Below are positions 34,920-46,754 of a DNA stretch of 64,000 nucleotides, in pieces. The translations under genes and the position numbers were made by a program. Location: the NCBI GenBank assembly GCA_010909165.1, contig MU008151.1, positions 806,001 to 870,000 of the forward strand, written 5' to 3'. Origin of the DNA: Anthoceros angustus (lineage: Eukaryota > Plantae > Anthocerotophyta). Under the pieces are notes generated by a model. It was not told the DNA's origin. It was given only the letters and a program-made list of their open reading frames with translations, and did no database searches. The stretch's first letter is position 1. Every line of letters starts with the position of its first letter.

Positions 34920-37459
34920 ATGCCTGCGCTTCCCTTCCCTTCATGTCCAGGGAGGCAAGCAATTCAGAGATCCCATGGCAATGATGCAGACGGACTTGTG
35001 CGTGGTGCTGCCGCCGCTGGCAAATCCGGCTGCTACCCAGCCGCATCCCGACCCTTGGCTTCTGCACTTGCCCAAGTGGGAGGCGGCCAAGCCTCCCAAC
35101 GGAATGAAGAGGAAGAACAGCGGCAGGAGCAGCTGTGGCATCGATTCTTCCAGGATCCTTCAGACTGGTGGGATAACAGACCGGACAAAAGGGGTCCCAC
35201 GCATCCCGACTTCAGGCACAAGACCTCCAGGGAGCCGCTGTGGCTCAACAGCGCTCGTAAGCCGGCTTGGGTGGACGCGCAGCTGGCCAGGTTAGATGTC
35301 CTCATGAGGGGGCCTCGCGCCTCACCTGCACTTGATCCCATGTTCCACAGCCTGAGCAAATGTTGCGAAGAGGCGGAGCTGAATGCTGCTGTCGAGGCAT
35401 TGGACACCCTGGTGCAACGAGGATGCCATGTCTCCGACACGCTCTTTTATCGCGTCCTGAAGAGGTGCATGGCAGAGAAGAATCTCGGCTGTGGTGAGCG
35501 CGTGCATGCTCTGGCACTCCGATGTGGGTACGGCTCGAACGCATTCTTGGCCAACCACATCATTGGGATGTACTCCTCTCATGGCAGGTTGGATGATGCA
35601 GTTGAGGCCTTTGCCCGAGTGCCTGTTCCCAGCATTCACATGTGGGCGTCCATGATTCTGGCGCATGTCCGGCACGGCAGCATGCGCAGGCTATCAACCT
35701 CTATCTACAATTGCGAGCAGTCGGTGCGAAGCCGAATAACCATGTCTTCGTGGCAGTCCTCAAGGCGTGTGCCTCAGCACAGGACCTGGTATCGGGCAAG
35801 GAGGTTCATGTACATATTCAGGCTAGTGCGGAGAAGACGGATCTTTTGTCATGAACAGCCTGGTGAACATGTACGCCAAGTGTGGAGGCTTGAATGAGGC
35901 CCGCAAGGTGTTTGAAAGCATGCCCACAAGAGATGTGGTGACATGGACTGCCCTGATTGATGGATATACTCAGCAGGGGCTCGGGACAGAAGCCCTAGCT
36001 CTATATGCAAGTATGCAACAAGAGGGCATCGGTCTAGCCAATCGCGTGACGTTTGTTTGCCTTCTTCAGGCATGTGCTGCTGTCGGAGCACTGCAGCAGG
36101 GGAAGCAGCTTCACTCGCAGATTCGACAAAGAGGCCTTGAAGCTGATGTGGTCATCGGTAACTGCCTGGTGAGTATGTACGCAAAATGTGGGAGCTTGGA
36201 GGATGCTCGCAAAGTGTTTGACACTTTCCCCAACAGGGATGTGGAAATGTGGACTACCATGGTTGCATTGTATGCGCAGCAGGAGCTGAGTCGAGAAGCT
36301 CTGTCTCTGTATGCAAGCATGCAAGAGGAGGGCATCTCCCACTGGACTCCTTCACCCTTGGGTGCCTCCTCCGGGCATGTACCAGTGTGGGTGCCCTTCA
36401 GCAGGGGAAGCAGCTTGCTAGGCAGATCCAGCAAGCTGGTTTGGAAGATGATGTGCTCCTCGGCAGCTGCTTGGTGGATATGTACTCCAAATGCGGGAGT
36501 TTAGAAGAAGCCCGAAAAGTGTTTGACATGATGGCCACTCAAAATCTGGTGACATGGACAGCTATGATCAATGGGTATGCTGAACACGGAGATGGTCACA
36601 TGGCAATTCAGTGTTTTGAAGAGATGCTTCAGCAAGGAATCCAACCAGATGAAACAAGTTTCACTTGTCTTTTCGTGGCATGCAGTCATGCAGGCCTGGT
36701 ACATGAGGGCCTGCGATATTTTAGGATGATGGTTGAGGAACATGGAATCACACCCACTGAATATCACTATAGTTGCATCGTCAGTCTCCTTGGTCGGTCA
36801 GGTTATCTGGATGAGGCTGAAAATATTCTGCAAACTCTCTCATGTATGAATGTGGCCGTGGGCTGGAAGGCTTTGCTGAGTGCTTGCAAAAGCCACGGGG
36901 ATGTAAAGCGTGGGCATCGATGCTTTGACCATCTTGTAGAGCTGGAACCAGAAAACGCAAGTGCCTATGTGTTGTTGGGTAACATGTATGCCAAAGCAGG
37001 CTGGTGGGATGCTGTTGATACAATAGAAAGCTTGAGAAAGGCAGCAGGTGCTGTGAAGAAGCCAGCAAAGGCATGCATTGAAGTGAAGAACGAGGTGCAC
37101 GAGTTCACAGTGGGGAGAAGAGGGCCGACATTTTGAGGACGCTAACAAGTATGAACTCCAGGTTGAAGGATGAAGGAGGCCATGTGCCACAAACAGAATT
37201 AGTCTTGAGGGCTGTGTCTGAGCAGGAGAAGGAAGATGCGCTGTGTGGGCATGCAGAGAAACTGGCCTTGGCGTATGGTCTGCTGAGCACACCAAATGGC
37301 ACAACTTTGGTAGTGACAAAGAATCTGCGCATGTGCGATGACTGCCACAGTAGCACCAAAATCATGTCACGGCTTGAGAATCGAGAGATTGTGGTGAGAG
37401 ATTCGCATCGAGTGCATCGGTTCCTAGATGGGTCTTGTTCATGCAGGGATCGGTGTTGA
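34920..37459 (+). CDS. PDF-PLS-E-DYW:KP PPR editing factor ending DRC, with several 1-nt frameshifts; gene F
   Basis: ORFs 34920, 35851, 36249 and 37133 tile one protein: PDF motif LWHRFFQDPSDWWDNRPDKRGPTHPDFRHK, PLS array, KKPAKACIEV, CGHAEKLALAYG, CDDCH, ending HRFLDGSCSCRDRC. Breaks are mostly in homopolymer runs. Confidence 0.85.
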
Positions 37460-38095
37460 GAGTTCATCGGGCAATATGTCTGAAGATTTAACGACATCTT
37501 CCACAGCTGCTGGCCAATTTTCCGGTTGAAGTCCCTTGCCGGGTCGGAAAACCTACCTCATGGACCTGAAGGTGTCCTGCGGCTGCTAGCAACAAGTTGT
37601 ATCCCGCCCTCCATATCCCGACGTCGTCGCCCGCAATCCTGCATACTGTCATTTAATGTCCAAACGCCAGTGACCTCGATCAGGCCTACCAGGCCTGACC
37701 CGGCCGCCGGGGCAAGAGGCCAAGTTGCTTCACTGAAAAAGATGCTCCACAGCTCTATAACCATGTTTAATGCTCTGGCCAGCAGCAACCCTGGAGCGTC
37801 CTATTTCTCCGAGATGTGGCTTCCACAGAAGGCTCTTCTTGAGAAGGTGCCATTGGTGGAGTTTGGTGTCTGAGATCTGCAGGCCTGTATGCACACCAAT
37901 ACCTGTTGATTTAAACCTTGTCTCCTTTGAACCTTGTCTGTTTGCGACGGCCACCGACAATAATCAATAATTGTTTCAGAATTGTTTCACTGGATAGATA
38001 AAATCGTTTTCTGGAGAAACAAAAGCTTGGAATGACTTCGGATTCCAACATGAGGCAATTCAGCTGTCTGCGCACTGGCTAGTTCTTCGTCATTC

Positions 38096-41000
38096 TCACG
38101 GTCGACTCTTACAAGTGCAACGACCAGCTGCGAATCGATGCACCCGGTACCCGTCCCTTACAACAATGTCTCTCGCTTCAACCCTTGACATGATCTCGGT
38201 AGAAGTGTGGCAGTCACTACACATGCGTAGATTCTTGGTTACCACCAGAGGAGTGCCACTGGGAGTGTTCAAGAGACCAAACGCCAAAGCTAGCTTCTCA
38301 GCATGCCCGCAAAGCACATCTTCCTTTTCTTTCTCACCCAGTGGCTTCAGCACCAGCTTTGTCTCAGGTACGTGGCCCCCTTCCTGCTTCAGACGTGCAC
38401 TCGTGCTTTCCACCTTGAGCGCAATGTCATCTCTGTTTTCTCCCACCACAAATGTATGTACCTGCTTCTTCACCTCAATGGTGGCCACGGCCGGTTTCTT
38501 GTTCGCTCCTGCTGCGATTCTCTGTGATTCAATCCTCTCTACTTCGGTCCACATCCCTGCGTCGGCATAGGCATTGGCCATCAGAACATAGGCCGATGCA
38601 GTCTGAGGGTCCAGTCTAACCAGACTTTCAAAACACCGCGTTGCCCTCTTTACATCCCCGTGATTTTTGCAGGCGTTCAGCAAAGACGTCAACCCCACAA
38701 CATTGCTTTGGCTCCCACATGATGATAGCATGTTCTCGGCCTCATCTAAATGGCCTGCACGCCCAAGAAGATCTATCATGCAACTGTAATGTTCAATAGT
38801 AGGTTTGATGCCATGCTCAGCCATAGACTCAAAGTGCTTGCGCCCCTCATGCACCAGCCCCTCATGACTGCATGCTGCTAAAAGGCAGGTAAAAGTAGTA
38901 TCATCAGGCTGGACACCAGCAACTAACATCTCTTCAAAACAAGCTACTGCGTTGTGACCTTCATCACAAGTACCACACCCAGCTATCAGGGCATTCCATG
39001 TCACCACATTCTTTGTGGCCAAGCTGTCAAAAACCTGGCGTGCAACTTCCAGTTCGCCACATTTTGCATACATGTCCACCAGGCAGTTGCCCAACACGAT
39101 GTTATCCAGCAGTCCTCTTTCGACGATCTGTAAGTGCAGCTGCCTGCCCTTCTGTAAGGCGCCTGTGCTTGCACAGGCCTTTAGCAGGCAAGCAAAAGTA
39201 ACATGGTTAGCCAAAATCAGGCCATCTTGCTCCATTTGTCCATACAGAACAAGCGCCTCTTGACCCAGACCTTGCTGTGCGTACCCAGCTATGAGGGCAT
39301 TCCATGTCACCACATCCTTTGACGCCAAGCTGTCAAAGACCTGGCGTGCATCTCCCAGTTCGCCACATTTTGCATACATGTCCAGCAGGCAGTTGCCCAA
39401 CCGTATGTCCAGCTGCCCTCTTTCCACAATCAGCGAGTGCAGCTGCCTGCCCGTCCGTAAGGCACCAGTGCTTGCACAGGCCTTCAGAAGGCAAGCAAAA
39501 GTCACATCGTCAGCCAAAATTAGGCCCTTTTGCTCCATCAGTCCGAAAAGACCAAGCGCCTCCTGGCAGAGTCCTTGCTGTGCATACCCAGATATCAGGG
39601 TCGTCCATGTCACCACATCTTTCCTGGCCAAGCTGTCAAAAACCTGGCGTGCAGCTTCCAGTTCACCACATTTTGCATACATGTCCACCAGGCAGTTGGC
39701 CAACACAATATCCAGCTGCCCCTTTTCCTACAATCTGTGAGTGCAAATGCCTGCCCATCTGCAAGGCACCAGTGCTTGCACAGGCCTTCAGAAGGCAAGA
39801 AAAGTAAAATGGTTAGGGATGCTCAGGCCCTCCTGCTCCATTTGTCCATACACAACAAGTGCCTCATGCCCGAGCCCTTGCTTCACATACCCATCAATCA
39901 GTGCCGTCCAGGTTATCACATCCTTTGTGGCCAAGCTTTCAAAAACGTGGTGTGCATCTTCAGTTCACCACATTTTGCATACATGTCCACCAGGCAGTTG
40001 CCCAACACAGTGTCCAGCTGCCCCTTTCCACAATCAGTGAGTGCAGCTGCCTGCCCTTCTGTAAGGCACCAGTGCTTGCACAGGCCTTCAGAAGGCAAGC
40101 AAAAGTAACATGGTCAGCCATAATGAGGCCCTCTTGCTCCATTTGTCCATACAGAACAAGCGCCTCTTGGCCAAGTCCTTGCTGTGCATACCCAGCTATG
40201 AGGGTATTCCATGTCACCACATCCTTCGTGGCCAAGCTGCCAAAAACCTGGCGTGCATCTCCCAGTGCTCTACACTTTACATACATGTCCACAAGGCAGT
40301 TTCCAACAAACAAGTCGGGAGGAATGCCACTGTGCAACACATCACGGTGCACTTTCCTGCCACATTCCAAGTCAGCAGCGAATGCACAAGCTCGAAGGAC
40401 AGCTACAAAGATGTGGCCATCCGCCTTCACTCCTGACCTACGCATCTCATGGTACAGTTGTATGGCCTCGTTAGGTTTCCCGTGTTTAGCAAGTGAAGAG
40501 ATTATGGAAAACCACATGAAGACATTTGGTTTTCCCACCCTGGTGAACACATCCATGGCCGCCTGCAGCCTACCTCCGGATGCATACATGCGCAAGATAT
40601 GGTTCCCCAAGTACGGATCCGACTCGTACCCAAGGTCGACAACGAGGTCATGAACTCGTCGCCCCATAACCAGATCCTTCTTAGCTGTACACAGTTTTAG
40701 AACAGTGTAAACCAGAGACTGAGAGGTAGCAGAGTCTGTCTGCGCCAGAGATTCCAAGGCTCCAACGGCCTCAGAAAGCTTCCCTGCTGACATAACGTGT
40801 GCACGGTTACAGCCGTTACGGCGCCCATTTCCGATCCTGCACGCCTGCCAGGTTCAGGATTATCCAGAGAGCTCGACTTGAAAGGAGAGGCACGTTGACC
40901 CATCTGCATATCCAAAGAAACGAGTTGCTCATCAACCCAAGGTGGCTTGAGCATGCTGTTTAACCACAGGACCTCACTGGATTCCTTACGCCGGAAATCA

Positions 41001-41299
41001 AGCGCACGGGAGCACTTCTTATCTCGTCTGTCGTCCCACCACATGGTTGGGTCCAGAAAAAATTGTTTCCACAAGTACTCCTGCACCTTGCGAGCACCCT
41101 CGGTGGAAAATTCGACCCCACCCACAAAGTTCCTGGCAAGTGGAAGTGCTGGGCTGGATACACTGCTGAACCTGGCGGCGTGGTTGTTTGCCACGGGTAT
41201 ACCCCCAAAGGTGAGGTGAGCGGGAGCTCCTCGTAGAACCCCTGGAGACACACCACTTTGTTGGGTCCAGACCGGATCCGGCTGCCACACTGTGGCCAT
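38096..41299 (-). CDS. PDF-PLS-E-DYW:KP PPR editing factor ending SRP, with several 1-nt frameshifts; gene E
   Basis: ORFs 40697, 39960 and 38096 tile one protein with 4 PLS triplets and no SS motif. PDF core reads RALDF; CGHAEKLA; ends GRCTCKSRP. The break at ~40780 is CCC versus CCCC in gene C. Confidence 0.87.
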
Positions 41300-41847
41300 C
41301 GTTCAGGGAGCGCTGTCGGAAGATGAGGCTAAGAACAAACTATCTATGCATGCCAGGATGCCCAGGTACACACCTAGAATCGTGGTACCTGTGTATGTGT
41401 GGCAGAATGCCCAGGTACATACCTTGGATCGTGGATGACTAGAGTCTGTTTTAATCCACTTCGATGGAATTTTGCCATTACGGGACTTGGCCACTTGAAC
41501 CATTTCTACCTAAGCTGCCAGCACCAAGGGCATCCACTCCCTCTTGGCACCCCATCTAAGTATCGATCTTTCTTCGTTAATCCGCCAGTTTGCCGCTGGT
41601 AGCCTGCAGAAAACGAGAGCTTGGTTAAGGGTGGTATGTAGGTGCTGCCAAAAGTGGGACAGAAAGTGCGGATCCCTATAAAAAACAATGGTTGCTGGGA
41701 GGCCATGGAAACGGAACACACGTTAATAGAAAGGGAATGGTTGCTCGGAGGCCATGGAAACAAAACACACCTTACTAGAAAGGGTAGTCTATGTTACAGT
41801 CGTTGTTGCAATTTTATGTCACACTTCCAAATTAACCCTCCTCCATG

Positions 41848-42045
41848 TATTACACCCTCTTTATAGAACTATTAGTTTATGTTCAAGAAGCCCCCTCTCT
41901 CCTCTATCACTCTCCTCTCTTTATTATACCCTCTTTAGAGAACTATTAATTTATGTTCAAGGAGCCCTCCCTATCCCCTATCACCTCCCCTCTTTATTAC
42001 ACCCCCCTTTAGAGAACTATTAGTATATGTTCAAGGAGCCCCCTC
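41848..42045. repeat. ~74-bp tandem repeat, ~2.7 copies
   Basis: TATTACACCCTCTTTA.AGAACTATTA.T.TATGTTCAAG.AGCCC units start at 41848, 41922 and 41995. Confidence 0.85.
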
Positions 42046-43511
42046 TCCGGCAATGGGTGTCCGTCGGCCCTCCTCTCAATGGCTCCCTCCGCCCTCCTCT
42101 CAACGGCTCCCGTCCGCGCTCCTCTCAGCGCCGTCCATCCGCACTTGGTCACCCGTCTGTGGTCTCAACCTGTTCTCCAAGCACTCGATCACGAACTCCC
42201 ACTGTCCTGTCCATTTTGAACACACTGTAATAGATTATGCACATACGACTTTCAATTATGAAGACACTTGATTCACAACAAGTGCTATGACGTCGCTTCT
42301 CAAGTGTCAAATACAACCATGCGTCCGATTGTTCGAAATCAAAGATTGTGCTATGTGAACGGGAGCAAAACCGAGCCAATAGGATGCTCTCTCACCTAAA
42401 TTCAAACATATGCTGATTATAGCCAAGGTCTGTGGGAATAGAAGATGATAGATGCGATTGGGAATTGTGTGGAGGATCTTGCCCTTATCAACTGTAGTGG
42501 ATGACCTTGAGGGGCACAGCAAATGTATAAATCATTCAAGTTGTTAAGTCAAAGCTATGCAGAAGGTTGTTCAGTGGTCCATCTCTACTAGCATCTCTTA
42601 TGTGTTGAGGCTAGCCCTTCCAAGCTATTCTCTTACATCACAGTTCAAAGTCTCGTGCTACTCATCACTTTGTATGTGTATGAGTTAGGAAAGTCTTGAT
42701 TTCCAATTTGCTTGTGCAAGCCATTGTGCACATTGAGTTTCCCGGTCAGTGTGCACGTCTCAGTACTCGAAGTCAAGCAGCAGAGCATCAGCGCTGTGTC
42801 TTTCCTTGTCCTACACAACAACATTGTAGACAACATCGGCAACATTATGCACCATCTGTATGCCGATATGAGTGCAAGTGTAGAAGGTATAACAACATAT
42901 CAGTAGTCTCCTGGACAAACGTGTGGCCTAACCCTTGGATTATATTGTGGTTCAAACTTCATGTATTTTAGATCATAATTCCTCATTCCTCTAACCTTCC
43001 TGTTTTATTTTCATATCACACTATCGTACTAGATGTAGCGAGACGCTTAATGAGTTAATGTTCGTCAAGCAAACCATTATAAACAAAAAAATCTATTTTT
43101 AGAAATAATATATTATAGTTAGGTATCATTTGTTAATCTTGACATGCCTAGTTGCGTACACATAGGGTTTGCCTTTTATTTAAGTATGCAGGTTTCTGTA
43201 CGTAAATTTCATATTTTTAAAGTTCTCTAATCACAAGATTGTGTTTACAATCAATGTAGAATTTATATCTATAGAAATGTTGAAGATGTTGAATCTACCA
43301 AAAATTGAAGTCCTAAAGTTTAACTACAAACTCAGTCAAAGTTTGTATCGTGAACTCTATATAGTTATCCTATTTTTTTCCGTCTCGTGATCATCATTCA
43401 TCTTTGATCGCGTTTAATTAATTAATTAATTTTTTTAGACATCCATGCCCATGCACAAGAATAGCTACCTATATAGCAAAGTTGTTCCATGAAATGAAGT
43501 TCCTCATACTA

Positions 43512-43860
43512 CCGTACCCCAAGGGGTGATTCGGCGTTAATTAACTAAAATTAGTAAAAGTTGAAAATCCAGAAATTATTATACTTAAAATATTGAATAG
43601 GTAAAAATTTATGAGTTTATGATGCCGAAAATAAGGAAACTAGGGTTTGTGTGGAAAAATAGGGCCTATTTAGGAGAGGTCTATACATATCCATTAGTTT
43701 TATGTATATACCTATATATTTTAATAAATGTTGAAATTTGATAAAATTATTTTTTGTAAATGTTGAAATTTTAAAAAATATAAATATTTATGTTGAACCT
43801 TATTTTTTTCAAAAAATAATTATTTCGGCATTATCCTGTTGAACCACCCCTCGGGGTACC
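43512..43860. mobile_element. MITE-like element with ~19-bp TIRs
   Basis: GTACCCCAAGGGGTGATTC (43514-43532) matches the reverse complement of 43841-43859 at 17/19 positions; AT-rich non-coding interior; TA on both flanks. Confidence 0.6.
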
Positions 43861-44261
43861 TATGATATTTGATTGAGTTACGTAATCCTTTTTAATCTAT
43901 TTATAATAAAGTTTTGATGTATTTAGAGCCCTTTACAAACAACTAAAATGCACATAAGCTGTAAAGGCGTTTTTTAGATTTAAAATCTGTTGCGGGAAGA
44001 GACCTAGACTCTAGGCTTGAGTTGAGCTCCCCGAGTCTATCATTACAACAAGTGAGGTGGCCTTCGCTTCCCACACGCCTGGCAGCCCAAACACGGTGTG
44101 GCAGCTGTGTCGGGAGACTCGGCTCGCATCGTCGCGATCGGATCGAAGGAGTCGGGGAAGGGCTGGGCAAGGTTGGGGAAGGCAAGGCAAGGTAGCAGGG
44201 ACGGGTGCGAGGCGGGCTGTCAGGGCTTGCAGGTTGCTGCTTTCAGCAGCAGCGGGGGCTG

Positions 44262-45565
44262 AATGGAAAGCCTGGCCCTCGGTTGTGGTGGTGGGAGGCC
44301 AGGTCAGTGGAGTGACTCTCATTGGGGCAGCTTGACCTCACGTGATGCCTCTTTGTTTGCTGGTTTCCAGCTTGGTGCGCGTCTAGAATTCTGGTTCCTC
44401 TGACTCTGACTTTTTAACCTCGCAACAGAGTTCTGGAAAGTCGTCTGTGCTGGAGAGCATCGTGGGAAGGGACTTCTCCCCTCGAGGCTCAGGTGTGCAT
44501 CTTCTCTTACACTGGATCACGGACTTGGACAGATCGAATTAGATGCAGGTTGGATCTAAAAATGCATCTTTCCATGCTGTCGTTTTTCCCGAAGCCCCGG
44601 CTGGATTCAGCATTAGGATGGTGATAGATCTTCAATTCACCTCGGTTTAGGATCGCGGCAAGAAGTGGGCCGGGTAAAGCAGATGTATTGCAAATGGCTT
44701 CCAACATGATCAGTGCGACGGTGATTTGTAGGGATTGTAACGAGGCTTCCCCTAGTTTTACAGCTGCACAAGATGGACGATGGTTCCGAATATGGCGAAT
44801 TTGTCCATGGCGCCGAAGAGAAGGTTTACGGATTATGGTAATGTTGTGTACTTGCTTTTGATGTGGAGGTCTTCAGGATCTTGCTTGTTGTGCTTTGTGA
44901 GGGGACGCATGTTTCACTCTTTCTTCTTAGGTTTAGGGTTCTTTCACTCTTTTTGCAAGTGTGGACGGTGAATATCGAGAAACTTGCATATTCTGTTTAG
45001 GTCTTTCCATGATTATAGACGACTTTTGCAAGTTTCGACCTGACGAGTGAGTATGTGGTTGCAGCTGCTTTTAGGAAAGAGATATCTGATGAGACCGACA
45101 GAGTCAGTGGGCGCAGCAAGCAGATCGCTCCCGTTCCGTGTCAACTGAGCATATATTCTCCTCATGGTATGTCTACCCAGAAGATTTACATCTCAATTTT
45201 GAAGGATTTACTTGTGGCCCTACGGTCAAATGAACGATGAAATCAAATTGTGAAACAAGTCGACAGTATCCTTCACCCTTGTGATCATATGCACGTGCTA
45301 GTAGTGAAGACGATCTCTACGCAAGGTTTGAAGTTTGTCAGGATGAGGCATAACAGGTTGCTACTCTATGATGTGATGCAGTGCTGAACTTGACTCTCAT
45401 TGATCTTCAAAAGTTGTTGTTGGTAAGTGCTCCTTATGCCTATGACAATGCCTGTAGAGGCTAATTTCGGATGAGCCAGGGGCTAAATTGGAGCTAATTA
45501 CTTTTTCTGTGTCACCTGCAGAGGGACAGCCTGACATCAATATGGTTCGGTCATAAGTGGAGAAG
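44262..45565 (+). pseudogene. DRP1: Intron-containing fragment of a DRP1 (phragmoplastin-type) dynamin GTPase domain, six exons
   Basis: Exons with GT-AG boundaries give PSVVVVGGQ | SSGKSSVLESIVGRDFSPRGS | [28 protein letters not shown] | AAFRKEISDETDRVSGRSKQIAPVP.QLSIYSPH | VLNLTLIDL..KVVV | EGQPD..NMVR..VEK. Frameshifts and loss of PGLT. Confidence 0.9.
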
Positions 45566-45597
45566 GTACCTTCCCGATCCTTGATGCCTTAATGCGA

Positions 45598-46074
45598 TCA
45601 TGGCTTCGTGTGGGTTCTCTTGCTCACCGGACAGAGCAGAGCCGCGGACTCGCCTTCCTGCGCCACGAAGAACTGGTTGCCGTAGCGGGATTGAAGCTCG
45701 ACGAAGAACTGGCGAGGCAGCAGGGAGTTCACAGCAGGTCCCACGTTGAAGTTGAGGATGTGCGGCGACGTCAGGTCCTCGATCACCACGATGGTGCGCT
45801 CGTCTGGACTCCACAGGCTCCGCAGCGCTTGCCCTGATGTGGCCGGGGTAGGCTCGGTTGTCGTCACCTCCCGGTGCGCTGCTCCAACTGCTCCAGCTGC
45901 TTGCAGGCAGTCTGTCGTTAAATAATACCCTGCGAGCATCGTCCAGGCTGTCACACTTCTGACACCAGGCCACCAGACAGGAGCCAGTAAAAACTCATCT
46001 TCATTCTCGGGTCCACTGATGGCAAGGACGCACGTATGCCCCCTCCAGAGGATGTCTATATCTAACAAGAACAA
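45598..46074 (-). other. Unassigned protein-like ORF present in several copies
   Basis: RTIVVIEDLTSPHILNFNVGPAVNSLLPRQFFVELQSRYGNQFFVAQEGESAAL. Copies at 59798-60270 and 61642-61985, and a diverged partial copy at 57735-57850. Confidence 0.4.
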
Positions 46075-46223
46075 CTTACCTTACGCCCACTGAAAATTCT
46101 GTGATATCTGAATCACTGAAAGATAGGACGTCCATGTGTCCTTCCCAGATGTTTTTCCAAACCTAACGATAACAGCGGTACGTATGCCCACTGGAAATCT
46201 ACTGGAAAGGATTCCTCCAACTA

Positions 46224-46754
46224 CAGTCGGCCCCCCCTAATTGGGAATGGGAATTCTATAAATGGGATTCCTCTCTAAATGGGACCTCTCATCCTACTCC
46301 CTTTAGTTTATAATGTAACAAATGGGACTTTTCCTAAATGATAATTGGGATCTTTTGAAGCATACATTCATGTTAGTTTCACCTCCTAAATGGGATTTCT
46401 CATTTTTTTACTAAAAATCTAAAAAGAAAGAAGAATCCATTATTTGAGCTTTATAGACTTTTAGGTGTGATTGAAGACTCTTAAGCTAAGCTTTTCCTTT
46501 ATGATAGGTAGAGGTTTTTGATGCTGCTTAGAGAGTGCTAGCTTTCAAACAACTATATAAAGAACTGGTAAAAGTTATTTTTAGTGAAACCTATCAATCA
46601 AAATTTAAATTTTCTTTTTTTGGATATTTTTTAATTTGTTTTAAAGTTTATAACATTTTTATTATTTTTAAATAGGGAAAATACAATCGGGACACCTCCC
46701 TTAATGGGACCTCTAAAGGCACTCCGAACCAGTCCCAATTAGGGGGGTGGACTG
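46224..46754. mobile_element. Tc1/mariner-type MITE
   Basis: TA|CAGTCGGCCCCCCCTAATTGGGA...TCCCAATTAGGGGGGTGGACTG|TA; TA target duplication; repeated internal AATGGGA motifs; AT-rich core. Confidence 0.8.

Noticed and set aside
8540-40653. Many 60-250-codon ORFs antisense or out of frame to the PPR genes
   Set aside because: They recur with the 93-bp and 306-bp repeat periods and are by-products of repetitive PPR codons; no independent motifs.
44262-45565. DRP1 fragment as a retrocopy
   Set aside because: Introns with GT-AG ends are retained, so the duplication was DNA-mediated.
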